Source: Botryllus schlosseri (lineage: Eukaryota). Taken from it: a stretch of DNA of 64,000 nt. Made by a program: the position numbers and the translations under genes. The notes below the pieces were generated by a model, which did not search any database, was not told the DNA's origin, and worked only from the letters and a program-made list of their open reading frames with translations. The stretch lies in assembly GCA_051294905.1 (NCBI GenBank), contig CM119372.1, forward strand, positions 26,538,001 through 26,602,000. The letters run 5' to 3'. Position 1 is the first letter of the stretch. Each line of letters opens with the position of its first letter. This document shows positions 11,916 to 24,000 of this stretch, piece after piece.

Positions 11916-14058
11916 ATCTGCGGTAACGTTAACTGAGATGATGATATCATTCTCAGTTTGCATTCAAATATTTACTTTGATATTATATTCTCCAATGTCA
12001 ATTCCACCGTGAAATTGTGGCCTTCAAGCCATTTGCTCACAACCCCCTGCTGTCAAGCGCGATAGCTATTTCGTTTTCGATGGCGGCTAACAGCTGATCA
12101 CTTGATCAGCCTATTCCTCAGTAAATTTTGCGCAAAATTCGGTGTTGGTCTGTTCGTGTACCATACTGAAAAGAGCCATGAGACCACTTCTCGATCATGT
12201 CATGTAACAGTGTACTAAGTTTAAAGCTTTCATCCACGTATTTATTCGGTAATATATTTTCCAAAGGCGATTTCGCAACAGACCTATAGACAGTATTAAA
12301 GCCGTATGTGTCGTGTTACAGTCTCCAGTTTCAAGGCCAAAATCTCCTATGCTGTTCCGAGACCGAATTTCCGAGGCTGCTATTCTTAGTTCTTCAGAAT
12401 GATGTTTTGGATTCAATATGACAGGCCCAATCTATGAGATAACAATTGCGTATCCGTCCGAACTCGTTGACCTTTCCAGTTAGGCTTACATTATCTCTCG
12501 AGTTATAGTCATTTCCAGGTCTAGTGCGAACATGAACCGTGTTGAATCTTTGTTCCGTACGCCGTTACCACACTTCAAGTCACAGCTCACCGGCGGACCT
12601 CTCGTGGCACCTACGTTAAAACCACTGTTGCCGGCAAATTCATGTTACCGTATAATCATTATAAGTTACTTGTTTACGTTGGAAAACGCCATTGTGACGT
12701 CATCTTAATAAAAAGTCGCTTGCAGCCCTTGCCCCACCACCCGATATTGTCACGAGCCGCCACTGTTCTAAAGAAATCAGCACGGTCTGACAGGTGTTTA
12801 CAATCATTGAAGTTTGATCCCAACAATTGACCCAGTTCTGCTGATACGGTGGTCATTTCAATATTGTAAAAAGAGATTTAACGAGCAAAGGACAATAGAG
12901 AATATGAAGCCGAATTTAGAACCTTGAATAAAATATTTTTTTCTTTTATCCTTTTAGTTGAGAAATCAGTATTAAATTACTCGAACAGAAAAAGTAGAAA
13001 ACGGGCAACAGGGTGCGTAGAACATGGGTTCACCTGTCCGCATTCTCAGGTGCTACCAGGTACTTTGCGTGTATTTTGTATGTGTATTTTGTGTGTGTGT
13101 GGGCGGGGAAGGGGGTGGTCAGTGCCTCATCTCACCTATATCTGAACCCGGATCCCAGACTCTCACATATCGCAGCCCGACCCCAACCCCATGCATACAT
13201 TTTACTGGCAGACAAAAATGTAAATGAGAAGTAGTCTTAGAGCTAATAGAGCTAAATAGAAATACAGAGTAAAACCCACACGCAACAATCGGCAACTAAT
13301 AAGCATGAATATTTGAATACGCAGTGACAAACTGTAAAAATAATAGGCCTGAACATGAACAGTGGCTTCGGTAGCGCGAATACAGTGAAAGGCGGGGAAA
13401 TAAATCAGCCCGAGGTTTCCGTTAAATATTTCGAACTACATTTTTCCCGACAGGAAAAATTGATCATGATTGCAGGTCGTATGTATTCGACAATCGAGCG
13501 ATAAAATTCTGAAAGTATAAGACACAATTTTATACAATACGGGATTATATAACATGGAATTTTTCATGGAATGGAAATTTCCAAGCGGCTACCGGTAATC
13601 TCATCACGCAACAAAGCAAGTGAATAGCTTCTTCCGTATGCGGAATGGAAAAAGCAAAATTAATCAACTCGCATCCGAGCAGATTTGTTACACCAAGGAC
13701 CACCAACTCCCGGCCCGCATCTGGTCCGCCCGGTCATATTCTGCGGCCCGCGGAAGGTTAGAGATTTCAAAAAACGCGACCATGTAACGCTGAGCAAGTT
13801 CACAATAACGTCAATAGCGTCATCGTGACCACTCTCCACTGTGTATCATGTCTATCAACGATTTGGCATTGCCTTGACGTGACAATAGGTCAGACGAAAA
13901 TATTAACAGAGACGCCAACAAGAATGTCGTGCGTGTTACTCTCATTGGGTCAGCACTCAGCAGTATCATCGGGTATATACCGTGTAATGCTCTGTAATAC
14001 TCGCATTGTCCTCAAGTTGGGCTCATTCGTTACCATATCCAAAAAGGTGAGTGTATAC

Positions 14059-14676
14059 TAGGGCTGTTCAAAAATAGCCTTTTTTCCTGAATCTTGATAG
14101 TTACGTGATTAAATCGTTAGGTTGCCTTAAAAAACGGCGCACACCAAATTTTAATTCATTCCAACCAATAATCGCGGATTTCGTATAGTTTGAAAATTTT
14201 GAATTTACCCAAAGATGCAAAAAAATTTTTTTGTCAAATTTTTCTGTCAACCCCATGAAATTGTTGCGCTGTCTTCAAAGAGGATGCATAACAAATTTGA
14301 CTCAATTCTAACCCGTAGAAGCGGAGTTATTTGAGTTTTTCGATGATAATTCTTGGATTATCCACCGATCATGGATAATTACCGAACTATCGAAGAAAAA
14401 CTCAAATAGCTCCGCTTCTACGGGTTGGAATTGAGTCAAATTCGTTTTGCATCGTCTTTGAAGACATCGCAACAATTTCATGGGGTTAACAGAAAAATTT
14501 GACAAAATTTTTTTTTGCATCTTTGGGTAAATTCAAAATTTTCAAACTGTACGAAATCCACGATTATTGGTTGGAATGAATGAAAATTTGGTGTGCGTCG
14601 TTTTTTAAGGCAACCTAACGATTTAATCACGTAACCAGCAAGATTCAGGAAAAAAAGTAGTTTTTGAACAGCCCTA
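14059..14676. mobile_element. 618-bp palindromic foldback MITE (hAT-type ends)
   Basis: Begins tagggctgttcaaaaa; arms inverted up to a ~7-nt loop near 14368; perfect TSD gtgtatac. Confidence 0.95.
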
Positions 14677-14686
14677 GTGTATACAG

Positions 14687-17176
14687 CAGACATGGGGTGA
14701 TTACTTCATGATTGTAATCGATTGCGATTACGATTACTTATGAATGACGCGATTACGATTACGATTACAGCAATATCAGGAAGTAGTCGATTACGATTAC
14801 GATTACATTGGAAAAGTAATCACGATTACTCACGATTACATTTATTTTGCATCTTAGAAGCTATATTGGAGACAATATATGGATTGCACTGAAGAGGCCT
14901 AATGAGATAACAAACTCCCTTTAAAAGAGATCCGTCATTTGCTTGTTGCGTCATAATGTACCCATTGCCCATTTTTAAAGGGGTCAATTTATCGCGCCCA
15001 ATGATTTGCATTCTTGCCAGGACCACAATTACCGCACCCCAAATTTCCCAATATGGTGGCCCAATACTCAAAAAGTATTTCGTAAACTAACATAAGTTAT
15101 AGAGTATTTTTGAGAGATCTGATTAACTTGAAAATCCTCTCTAGATCAGTGATTCCCAACCGCGGCTCTGAGAACCCCATGCGGCTCCGAGCTAGCCTAC
15201 TTGCGGCTCCCATTGACGGTGGAAAATTCAACAAAAATATCATAAAATCAATTTAGAACAAACAAAAAATTGATTTTCAAAAATTACACTTGTTTGGCTT
15301 GGAATCTGGAGTTTATAATTAAGGGCCGAGAGCAATTCCTTTGCTGTCGAGTAGCGATTCTCTACTCAGCAACGATTTCGTTACTCAACTCACGTCAAAA
15401 AGTATGCTCACACTCAAATGCGTTTGGATCGTCACTCAAATTTAAGTCTGCTCATCATCAGACTTGATTAAGTGCAGGTGGTGTTGCAACACGTTTTACA
15501 AAGCTATCTGACCATCAAACCGATGGATTATTTGACTTGATTGTTAAGTTCAACGGCCGCATTGACGGAATGAATGCTTTTTTCCCCATGATGAAAATAT
15601 TTTCAAGTCCTATTGTAGTTAATGTGGCCATTGACCCTGCTATTTACAGCTTGAGTTGCTAGACATGCAGTCAGATATAAAGACATGACCATTTGTTTGT
15701 GGGTCTCACGAAAGTTTTTCTTCTAGTCTGCCACGCTTGAGCCACTACAATATCGTTTGATTATATAACAAACCGGAGGTCACGAATTAACAACATACAC
15801 TAAAGTAATTATAAGAAGATACCAGAGGTTAGAATTATGAATTACGTGCCCCAGCTTTACAGGTAGGTAATTCTGTGGCGAGATAGCGCAGTAGTATAAT
15901 CCACGGCTGCAACGCCATTGGGTTGCGGGTTCGAGTCCGACCGAGGTCGACTTCAGAAATCCTTTGCAAGTGTTGGAGGTTTATCTAGGCTCCTCCTCGC
16001 CGCCTCTTCCGCGTAAGCGGTGTCTTACAATAAGCCTAGAAATGGGCCGTGCTACAAGTCGGCAGATACGGAATCAAAAATGAAGAAAATCGGCCTGGTG
16101 TAACTGACCGTTGTAGTCGACAAACACCAAGATTACCTCAAACAAACAAACTCTACAGGTGAATCTGACCATCGGGGGCTGAGAGAGGATTAAAAATCAA
16201 TAGTAATATAATGCAATTATTGACGAAATTAAGTCTTCAACTTGCGATTACCACCCTATGGCGGACGAACTGCTGTTTTGGTCTTAATTCCAGCTACAGC
16301 CCATGTTAACATGATATATAGGCCCATGGCCACGCCAATGTTGAGTAAAGATTGGCACCCGTTTCAAGTAGAGTCATATGAGAATAAGATGAAGCGAACA
16401 TAAAATTCTGCCTTCAACTTAATACAGATATTGTACTGCAAGCTGCCGTTACGAGAAACGGCAAAAACGGCTCGGTTTTGATATATATATATCACCAGCT
16501 GTTGATTTTTACTGCTTCGTTGTGGAAATCGCAATGTTTTATTTGACGAGTACAAAATTTCAAATCTTGATGTACGTACGTAGCCTACTTGATAGGCCTA
16601 CTGCTCGCCAAGCAGCTACGGTTAAATTGCGTTTAACTGAGCATAAGCATAACCAAACATCAACCATAAGTTACTATTTTAAAGTAGGCAGAGCGGAGAT
16701 AAATTATCCTGCTGCGAGGTAGTGGCGTGTGGAACGTGTTGATAACCTGATATATAGCACGACGGGTGTTCTTACAATGACACTAATGTGCGACGTATGT
16801 ACAATTGTACATGTACAATTGTACATCGAATATCTATTTACTATGGATACTTCTTACGCAATGACGCGCAAAGCTAATAGGCTGCTTCTGACGTAATAAT
16901 GAGCTGTGGCGTTTGAAAATAAGACGTGTGTGCTGTCACGAGCCTGGTATAACATCTTTTCCTTGTTCACGAATGTTCAGTTTATGTCACAGTCCTTCCA
17001 AAATAAAAAGTAATCGTTCTTTCACAGAGAAATCGATTAAATATGAGAAGTAGTCGATTACGATTACGATTACTTCGGGATTTTTTCGAATGTAATCGAT
17101 TGCGATTACGATTACTTGAAAATGCTGTAATCGTCGTAATCGATTACGATTACTAATCGCGATTACCCCATGTCTG
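14687..17176. mobile_element. Second GATTAC-family hAT element, with nested hAT fragment (~15147-15680) and SINE
   Basis: TIR cagacatgggg/ccccatgtctg, perfect TSD gtatacag; the nested piece carries a LQLELLDMQSD transposase-like remnant. Confidence 0.9.
15877..16151 (+). mobile_element. Full-length tRNA-derived SINE (family X)
   Basis: A box tagcgcagtag, B box ggttcgagtcc, structured body, (CAAA)n tail; flanking ctttacaggt/ctctacaggt TSD-like repeat; absent from the sister element at 8386-10323. Confidence 0.9.
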
Positions 17177-17843
17177 GTATACAGTGTATACTAATTATTC
17201 TTGGAAAACCATGTCCCGTCTGATTTAAAATTATTGCTTTCAGAAAGAAATACAGTGTTTGTAGGCATTACGCAAAGAGATATTACAAAATACTCTGCAA
17301 TAATAGACAGACAGAAATTTTGTCACAGAAAGTGGTTGATTTTCATGAAGCACAATTAGGAAGCAAAATGGTTGTAATTACGACTTACGCTCGCCACACA
17401 GACGAGCATTTCATAGCGATCTTTAGAGAATCCACGATATACTACTCATATTACTAAATGACAATTAACTGCTGATCATAACTGATATTTTAGATTTTTA
17501 TGCACGTTTCTAAAATATAGATAGTATTTCCATTGTCCATCTCCCGAATTAGAGCAAAATGATGCTGGAGGACGAAGAATCGTAAAACATTTTCTCAAGG
17601 GTATAACATATTTATGTTTCGATATTGCAATATTGCGGCCCGCCGCACCCACGGAGTTCGAAAACTGGCCTGATACCCACTTCGAGTTGGCGACCCCCTG
17701 CCTTACACCATTCTAAATTCGTCCAAATAAAAGCGAGGTCACTAGTTACAGAGGACAGTCAAGTCGCTTTCGCACTGCACGCCTTCGGTCGGTTAAAATC
17801 TACGATCGCACGGAAGTAAAACCGCCTCAAATCTGGACTGCGC

Positions 17844-18012
17844 TCAGTAGGAAATGAGTTTGACGTCGGACCCGCCGAATTCGACAACGCACAGCCTGTT
17901 GTCGTCGGGAATGCCCTTGGTAACGGTGAGGTGCAAGGGACGGTGGATGTGTGAAGAATGTCCGGTCGCTATGTGAGTGAGGAACTTCCCCTCGTTGGAA
18001 TAAACGGAAATC
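17844..18012 (-). CDS. NHL gene last coding exon (ISVYSNEGKFLTHI...GSDVKLISY*)
   Basis: Acceptor cttgcag|, ends in TGA with the typical NHL-terminal VKxxxY* pattern. Confidence 0.9.
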
Positions 18013-21000
18013 CTGCAAGATAACGTGAAGTTGGTTTAACGGAGGGGTTCTTGAACCGGGGCCCAAGGATCCCTCAGGCTGTTGCGGGTCCACGAACTAG
18101 TTTCATGGAGCCCGTGAAAGGACGTATTTGAAATACAAATAAAGTATACTAAACCAGACTATTATCCTTCAGAAATGACGCCACGAGTGGGAGCTTTTCT
18201 GCCTTGCTTCGTCATTACTTGACTTATCTTGGGCCTGGTTATCCTAAATGAGTCGAGCTTGATGTGATGAAATTTTTTTTATTTTAATTGTCGACTTTCG
18301 AAATTTCGGAGGGATCTCGAGACGGCCCACAAAACTTGGAAGGAGAACTTATTACTATATACGGGCCGCTGAAATACGCAGAAGAAATATTTATTGGAGC
18401 TTGAGCGAACTCAAGTCCCAGGGGATTGTAACCCAGAAGCAGTGCCAAAATAAGTAAAGTAGCACGGCCATCTGCGTGGACCCGATGAAATTCGGGCTGC
18501 GCACTTGCGCTATGGAGGGTATGAGAACTTCAACGATGACGCAACGTAAAGAAATCGCAAGGTGGCGCACGAGGGACGGATCGAGGCAAAAATTTACGCT
18601 GCATTTGCTTTTGGCAAAGAAAAGCGCACGACTGGCATTAGATTCGGATTCAGTTTACGAGATACAGATTCGGACGAGATTGATCTTGAATTTCAATGCG
18701 AACCCAAGAGATGCAAGCATTCGCATTTATATCCATTTCACCTCATTGACACTACTTATAAACAAAATCAACCACAGCTCGGAAACTAGCATCCTGGTTA
18801 CGCCTGCTACGCTGAGAGCATCACATCTGTACACACTACCAATTTAGTAAGTTGACGGTCTGATTTTTGGGTAGTTCTATAGAACTAGAGCTAGAGCGGA
18901 TTGTAAAAGTGAGGAGTTGCGCTAGTTGCGCTTTTGAGGAATAGTTGAGTTGTAAAACATCTAGAAATCAAGTGTTGTAGTTTGGAGTGAATCGCGGTAC
19001 CAGTGTCCCGTTGTGTGATGTTCTTGTAACGATTGTGGATTGGATTTTGGGGGTTCGAAACTCCTACCATTTGGAACTCTTTATCTCCAATATTTCTGAG
19101 CTCAATTTGCAAGTCGGTCTTCCGCATTATCCGTTATTCTTTGATTCAGCTATAGTCGGTTAATTGCGGATTTTTTAACGCCGTTAGTTAGTTCTAGTTC
19201 TAGTTACGAGTCTCCAAAACTACCCGAATTTGAAAAAAACAGACTAAAGCAGAAGTTAATAACTAAGTATCTCTAGCTCTATTTGCGCACATTGAAAATC
19301 CAGTAGTTTTCACGAGTCCGACGAGCATCAGTTACCGCCTTTCAGCGTATGGCTAGGTTCTAGTCAAATGGAATCCGAAGGATAATATATCACCTGTCGT
19401 TCCACATATCCGCGACCACCACGTTATCATCGCAATCCGTGCAGACCCCGTAGACCATGTCGAGTTCCCCGTCGCCGTTGCCGCGCTCTCCAAACGTCCT
19501 GATCAACTTGTTATCGGTGTCGAAAACCTGCCACAGAGAGCAACATTTACACATAACAACAGAGATGAGCAGTTGAGCGCGGATTTGGTAGGACATTATT
19601 TGAAAAACTGCACCGAGAACCCGGATTTCGAAAAATTTTCACCAATCAGGAGTCTTGAAAATTCTGTCATGACCATAGTTAACTATAAAACAATGTGACA
19701 AACATAAACATGGTCATGGTCAAGCTACCTGCGAATAAAGATGGAGCTTTTGCAAAAACTTTATTTTCCCTAAACTTGAAAATGGATCTCAAAATTTGAA
19801 AAATGGATCAGCTACAATGATTCTACAGCGATGATATGGATTCGGGCAAGAATTTGAAACCCCGTACAGGACTTCGATTCGAGTAGGCTATATCAAATCC
19901 GCTCATATCTGCAAATAATAGCAACGATTTCATCATCGATAATTCCCGACGTTAACAAAGGCGTAGACATGAACAACAACATCAATACTGTATCTGTTTC
20001 TTCTTTTGTACGCCGTACGAGCCCGCGTGTAGATAAAACAAAACTTTTTGTTCAACGACTTTCGATAACAGCGCGCCAGACGACGGGAGGATGTAGTATA
20101 TACATACCTTATTCACTTTCAAATTCAAGACTCAAGACCGGTCTACAATGACGCCGACATTTGAACGTAGTTCTGTTCGAAATCCAAATTCTTTACTTAT
20201 TTCCTATAATCTTAAATCAGTGGTTCTCAACCGGCGGTGCGCGAAACCCCTAAATTTGCAAAAGGGTTGCTAACCAAATTTGTATTTGTTTTTTGTTTTT
20301 TTTAGAGAGAGAAATCACAAGGCAGTTTCGCTTCGTATATGCCAAAACTTCAGGACTGGCGAACAGAATGGCCGTCCGAGATGAGCTATTCAACTGTGTT
20401 AACTCATTTTAATATCCAAATTTCCAATGGCCTACTCATGTGTACATATTGCTGTTTAGAGTCGTTTGTTGGAGTTTTGGAACAAATCCGTCTGTAAAAA
20501 TCCATTTCACCAGTGATATATACAGGATCGATATTCCAGAATGACTTAAACATGAGCTGCTAGATCAGTGGTTCCCAACCTTTTTGTCTTCATTCCCCAC
20601 CTCAGATTCATTCCGAGCCTTCATTCCCCACCAGGACCGTAACAGCACTTCGTCAGCCACGCCAAAAAAGAGTTGATCTTGGGCCCCCGCAGCCCTGCTG
20701 AGCCTGTACGCTTTTTCCCCGCTACTTATCAGCTGCATTGGGTCTACTGTTTAGTGCGTCGCCTTATTTCGACAAATCGCGCGAAGCGCGCAAAATTTAT
20801 ATAATTCGTGTTTGAATCGGTTAATATGATCGGGAATTGCATATATTTTGTTATCAATTTTTTATCCGCTCTCTGCTCACGTAATCAGATTTACCGGAAG
20901 AGTGAGTGAGGGGTGTTAGAAAAGATAGGACCCCTAAATAAGAATTAAACATCTTCGGGCGGACTCGTTGGTATATTGACTTCATTACATTATGCTATTT

Positions 21001-24000
21001 CGTGACCTCCTATATCTGCTATGTCAAAAGAATGGAGTTCGCCAAAACTAAAAGTCACACACGATTTCAAATTGGTATTGCTTTACTGGCAAATAGTTTT
21101 TCTTTGCGGGATGGCATTTGCTGACTGTGGATTCAAAAAATAACCTAACCGTTAACACCGGTGGTCAGCCCGTTTCCAACACAGATAATGCAAAATATCT
21201 CGGGGTTTTACAGGACCCTGACATGTCTGGGAAGAGTCATATTCAGTCCCTAGACACTAAATTATCACCGAAGTGCGGCTTGTTCTACAGCCTTAAACGC
21301 TTCATGCCATCTTGGGTTCTTCTGATACTCTTCAAATCATTAATCCAATCGAATTTACAATATGGCATCCACTGTTGGGGGCTGCCAGTAAAACTGCACT
21401 CGAGCCACTGCAAAAACTACAGCATAAGGTAGGCTACTCCGTATCATTGCTAGGGCCCCACAGGGGCCTGGCCGTCAATCCAACAAGTCGCTGCTGCAGA
21501 GATTCGGTGTCCTAAACATAGATGATATGCGGAAACTAGAAATCGCCAAGTTTATGTATCAGTTCCACTGCGGTCGTTGCCCCGAATACTTCAATGACTT
21601 TTTTACCTCAGAATCAAAAGCGCACAAGCACAACACACGCGCGTCCACGTCGTCTAAATATCATATGATCGACCCAAAAGATCATCGCTCCATCAAATAT
21701 GCCGGACCCGATGTGTGGAACAGTATCCCGCCGGCCATCCGACAGTCGACGAGCACGTCCACATTCAAGTCGAAATACAAGCAATTACTACTAAGTGAAT
21801 ATTAATTAGTCCATCCTCAACATTACCGGACCACGACTGACCTATCGATCTTGCCTTCCACGACATGCCACCCCATCTCTTGCTACTTGTTTTTTTTATA
21901 CTATCTTCTTTACTTTTCATTCAGTGTGCATGCCTCCTCTTTACACTGGCTAGCCCAAGGTGGGTGTCTGATTCAATAGACTACTCCATGTCGCTTCGAC
22001 ACCCTCCTATCTAGCAGCTATGTGCTGGTTTGACTACACAAGACACACAACCACATCAGTACGCAAGACAATCGCCCATAACTGCAACATAAAACGTATA
22101 GTGAACCGATATCAGTAACGCTCAAAATTTCGCGAAAGCGGTATTTCACGTCAAACTAGTCGTGCTGGAATGCATTTGTGACGCCGTCATTGGCCATCCA
22201 GAGTTGAAAATGAGGTTTTTTGAACAACACGCAATATACTTTTCGATACTCATATATTCCAGAGCAGTTAACTGGCAATGGTAATTGCGCATGTGTCTCC
22301 GTGAATATGTAGACTGTCCCGTATATACTTTTGAACAAATGCGTCTATTCCCCACCAGAAACCATTGAATTCCCCACCAGTGGGGAATTACCCACCGTTT
22401 GGGAACCACTGTGCTAGATAGAAATGGCTAGGCTGTTTGTGATATGCCCATTAAAATGTGTTTCTCAATTCTCGTGCTTTATACGTTGCGGTGTCGTCGG
22501 AAGAGTTGCGCGTTATTATTACAACCGCCACCGCCTATCTTTGTGGAAATGGATTTTCCGCGTTTGTTCATACAAATCGACGGCGCGGATTTTCTAGACA
22601 CGACCGCGTATTTCAAGAATTGCTAGTACAGAAGTCGCTTTGAAATAATAAAAGTCTCAATAATTTGTTCACAAATAGTATGATGTTATTTCCAAGAAAA
22701 GTCAAGTTGTTGCTGTTTATCACTAGCCAAGACGGATAACGGTTGCACGATAATTGACGTGACGGTCCTAACGGGGGTCAGCGAACACAAAAAGTTTTGA
22801 GAACTGCTGTCTTAAATCTATATTACATCTATAAAGAGCTTCATATCATAATACAGGGGTCCTAAAAAACTTTTTAGGGGTGTCCGGCCAATACCAAGGA
22901 AACCATTACCGAGAATGGACATCACAGAGAATGGACATTTCCGAGAGTGTAATGTAGCAATGCAAGCATCAGTCTTGTTATGCATATGTACAGGTCGTGT
23001 GTATGTGCATCACGGCGTTGTCAATTTGGTGTCGATTCTCAGATACAAATTTCTCGACAACGTCCGTATCAGTAAGTACAATCCTTGGCACTGGCCATCT
23101 TTGGCAATGTCAATTCTCAGTAACGGCATTCTCGGTAATGGTTTTCTCGGTATTGGTCTAGAATCCTTGAGGCCACGACCCAAATCTGAGTTGACTAGCA
23201 TTTTTCGACCCAAAACCTCTCTTGGTATGCTACACATTTTTACGGGCTTCTATAATATGTCAAATTCGGAATTATTTTTCCAATTCGCAAATTCAAAGCT
23301 CCTTGCTTTGTGATTCAGTGCATTGACGTATCCAACTAGAAATAATTGATGGCTTGATTTCACGCGAAAACATTCTACCAAAACATTTTACCGCATTGAC
23401 TGCGCCGTTTTTTTATATTAAAGCCATTATATAGTATCACAATCTGTAATCAGACACGCTGAAAGTCAATATTTTCGTAACGAACACTTTCGGATTGTCA
23501 GCTGTCTGCGGTCTAACTCTATCGATATGAGCCACCGCTACAATGGTGTTAGGTTGTTATTTCGTATACTGTTAACAGCCGTCACGGCATTATACGCGAC
23601 ATTATTGTTCGGTTATCTCAGTTACAGCAAATGATGGTGGTGGGACCCAGCTAGCAAGTCCTAATCCCACACAGACTTCCTTGCTTACAGATCCAAAACC
23701 AACTTGAAACACAATGGCGCGGTGTGGAATATTGAACGACAATCTGCTTGTTATTTGAAAATTGTACTTTGCCATTAATGCGTCGCAAAAGGAGTCTAGC
23801 AAAGGGTTAAGGTCCGTATCAGATTCAATCGACAGAAACACGGCCCCGCGTGGCGCATTAACGCCGAATTTTGAAGGGACATAACAAGTTTCCGGAGACA
23901 CGAAATGACTTTACAACGAAAATTGGCTTGACTTTATATTCAACTTTTGTATGATCGAACGATCCGCAATTTGTGAACTCATCGGCCCCTTCTACAGTTC

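Larger units (their letters stand above)
13694..17700 (+). mobile_element. Old hAT relic hosting nested insertions
   Basis: Degenerate TIRs caaggaccaccaact/agttggcgaccccctg, TSD tgttacac/ccttacac, possible hATC-like remnant near 17390-17430. Confidence 0.55.
20218..22809 (+). mobile_element. hAT MITE family A copy with nested elements
   Basis: TIR cagtggttctcaa/ttgagaactgctg, perfect TSD tcttaaat. Confidence 0.9.

Noticed and set aside
10440..13300. Short open frames and track ORFs between repeats (also 23602-23901, 49959-50264)
   Set aside because: No recognisable motifs and no phase-consistent exon chain found.
15877..15950. tRNA gene
   Set aside because: A and B boxes are present, but the cloverleaf is degenerate and runs into a repeated body and (CAAA)n tail, so it is a SINE head. 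The same applies to 50633-50705.
15975..16050. Canonical HDV-like or twister ribozyme call
   Set aside because: It lacks the P1.1 GG and a consistent P3, and the twister pseudoknot pairings are not conserved across the three copies. Kept only as a structured-RNA candidate.
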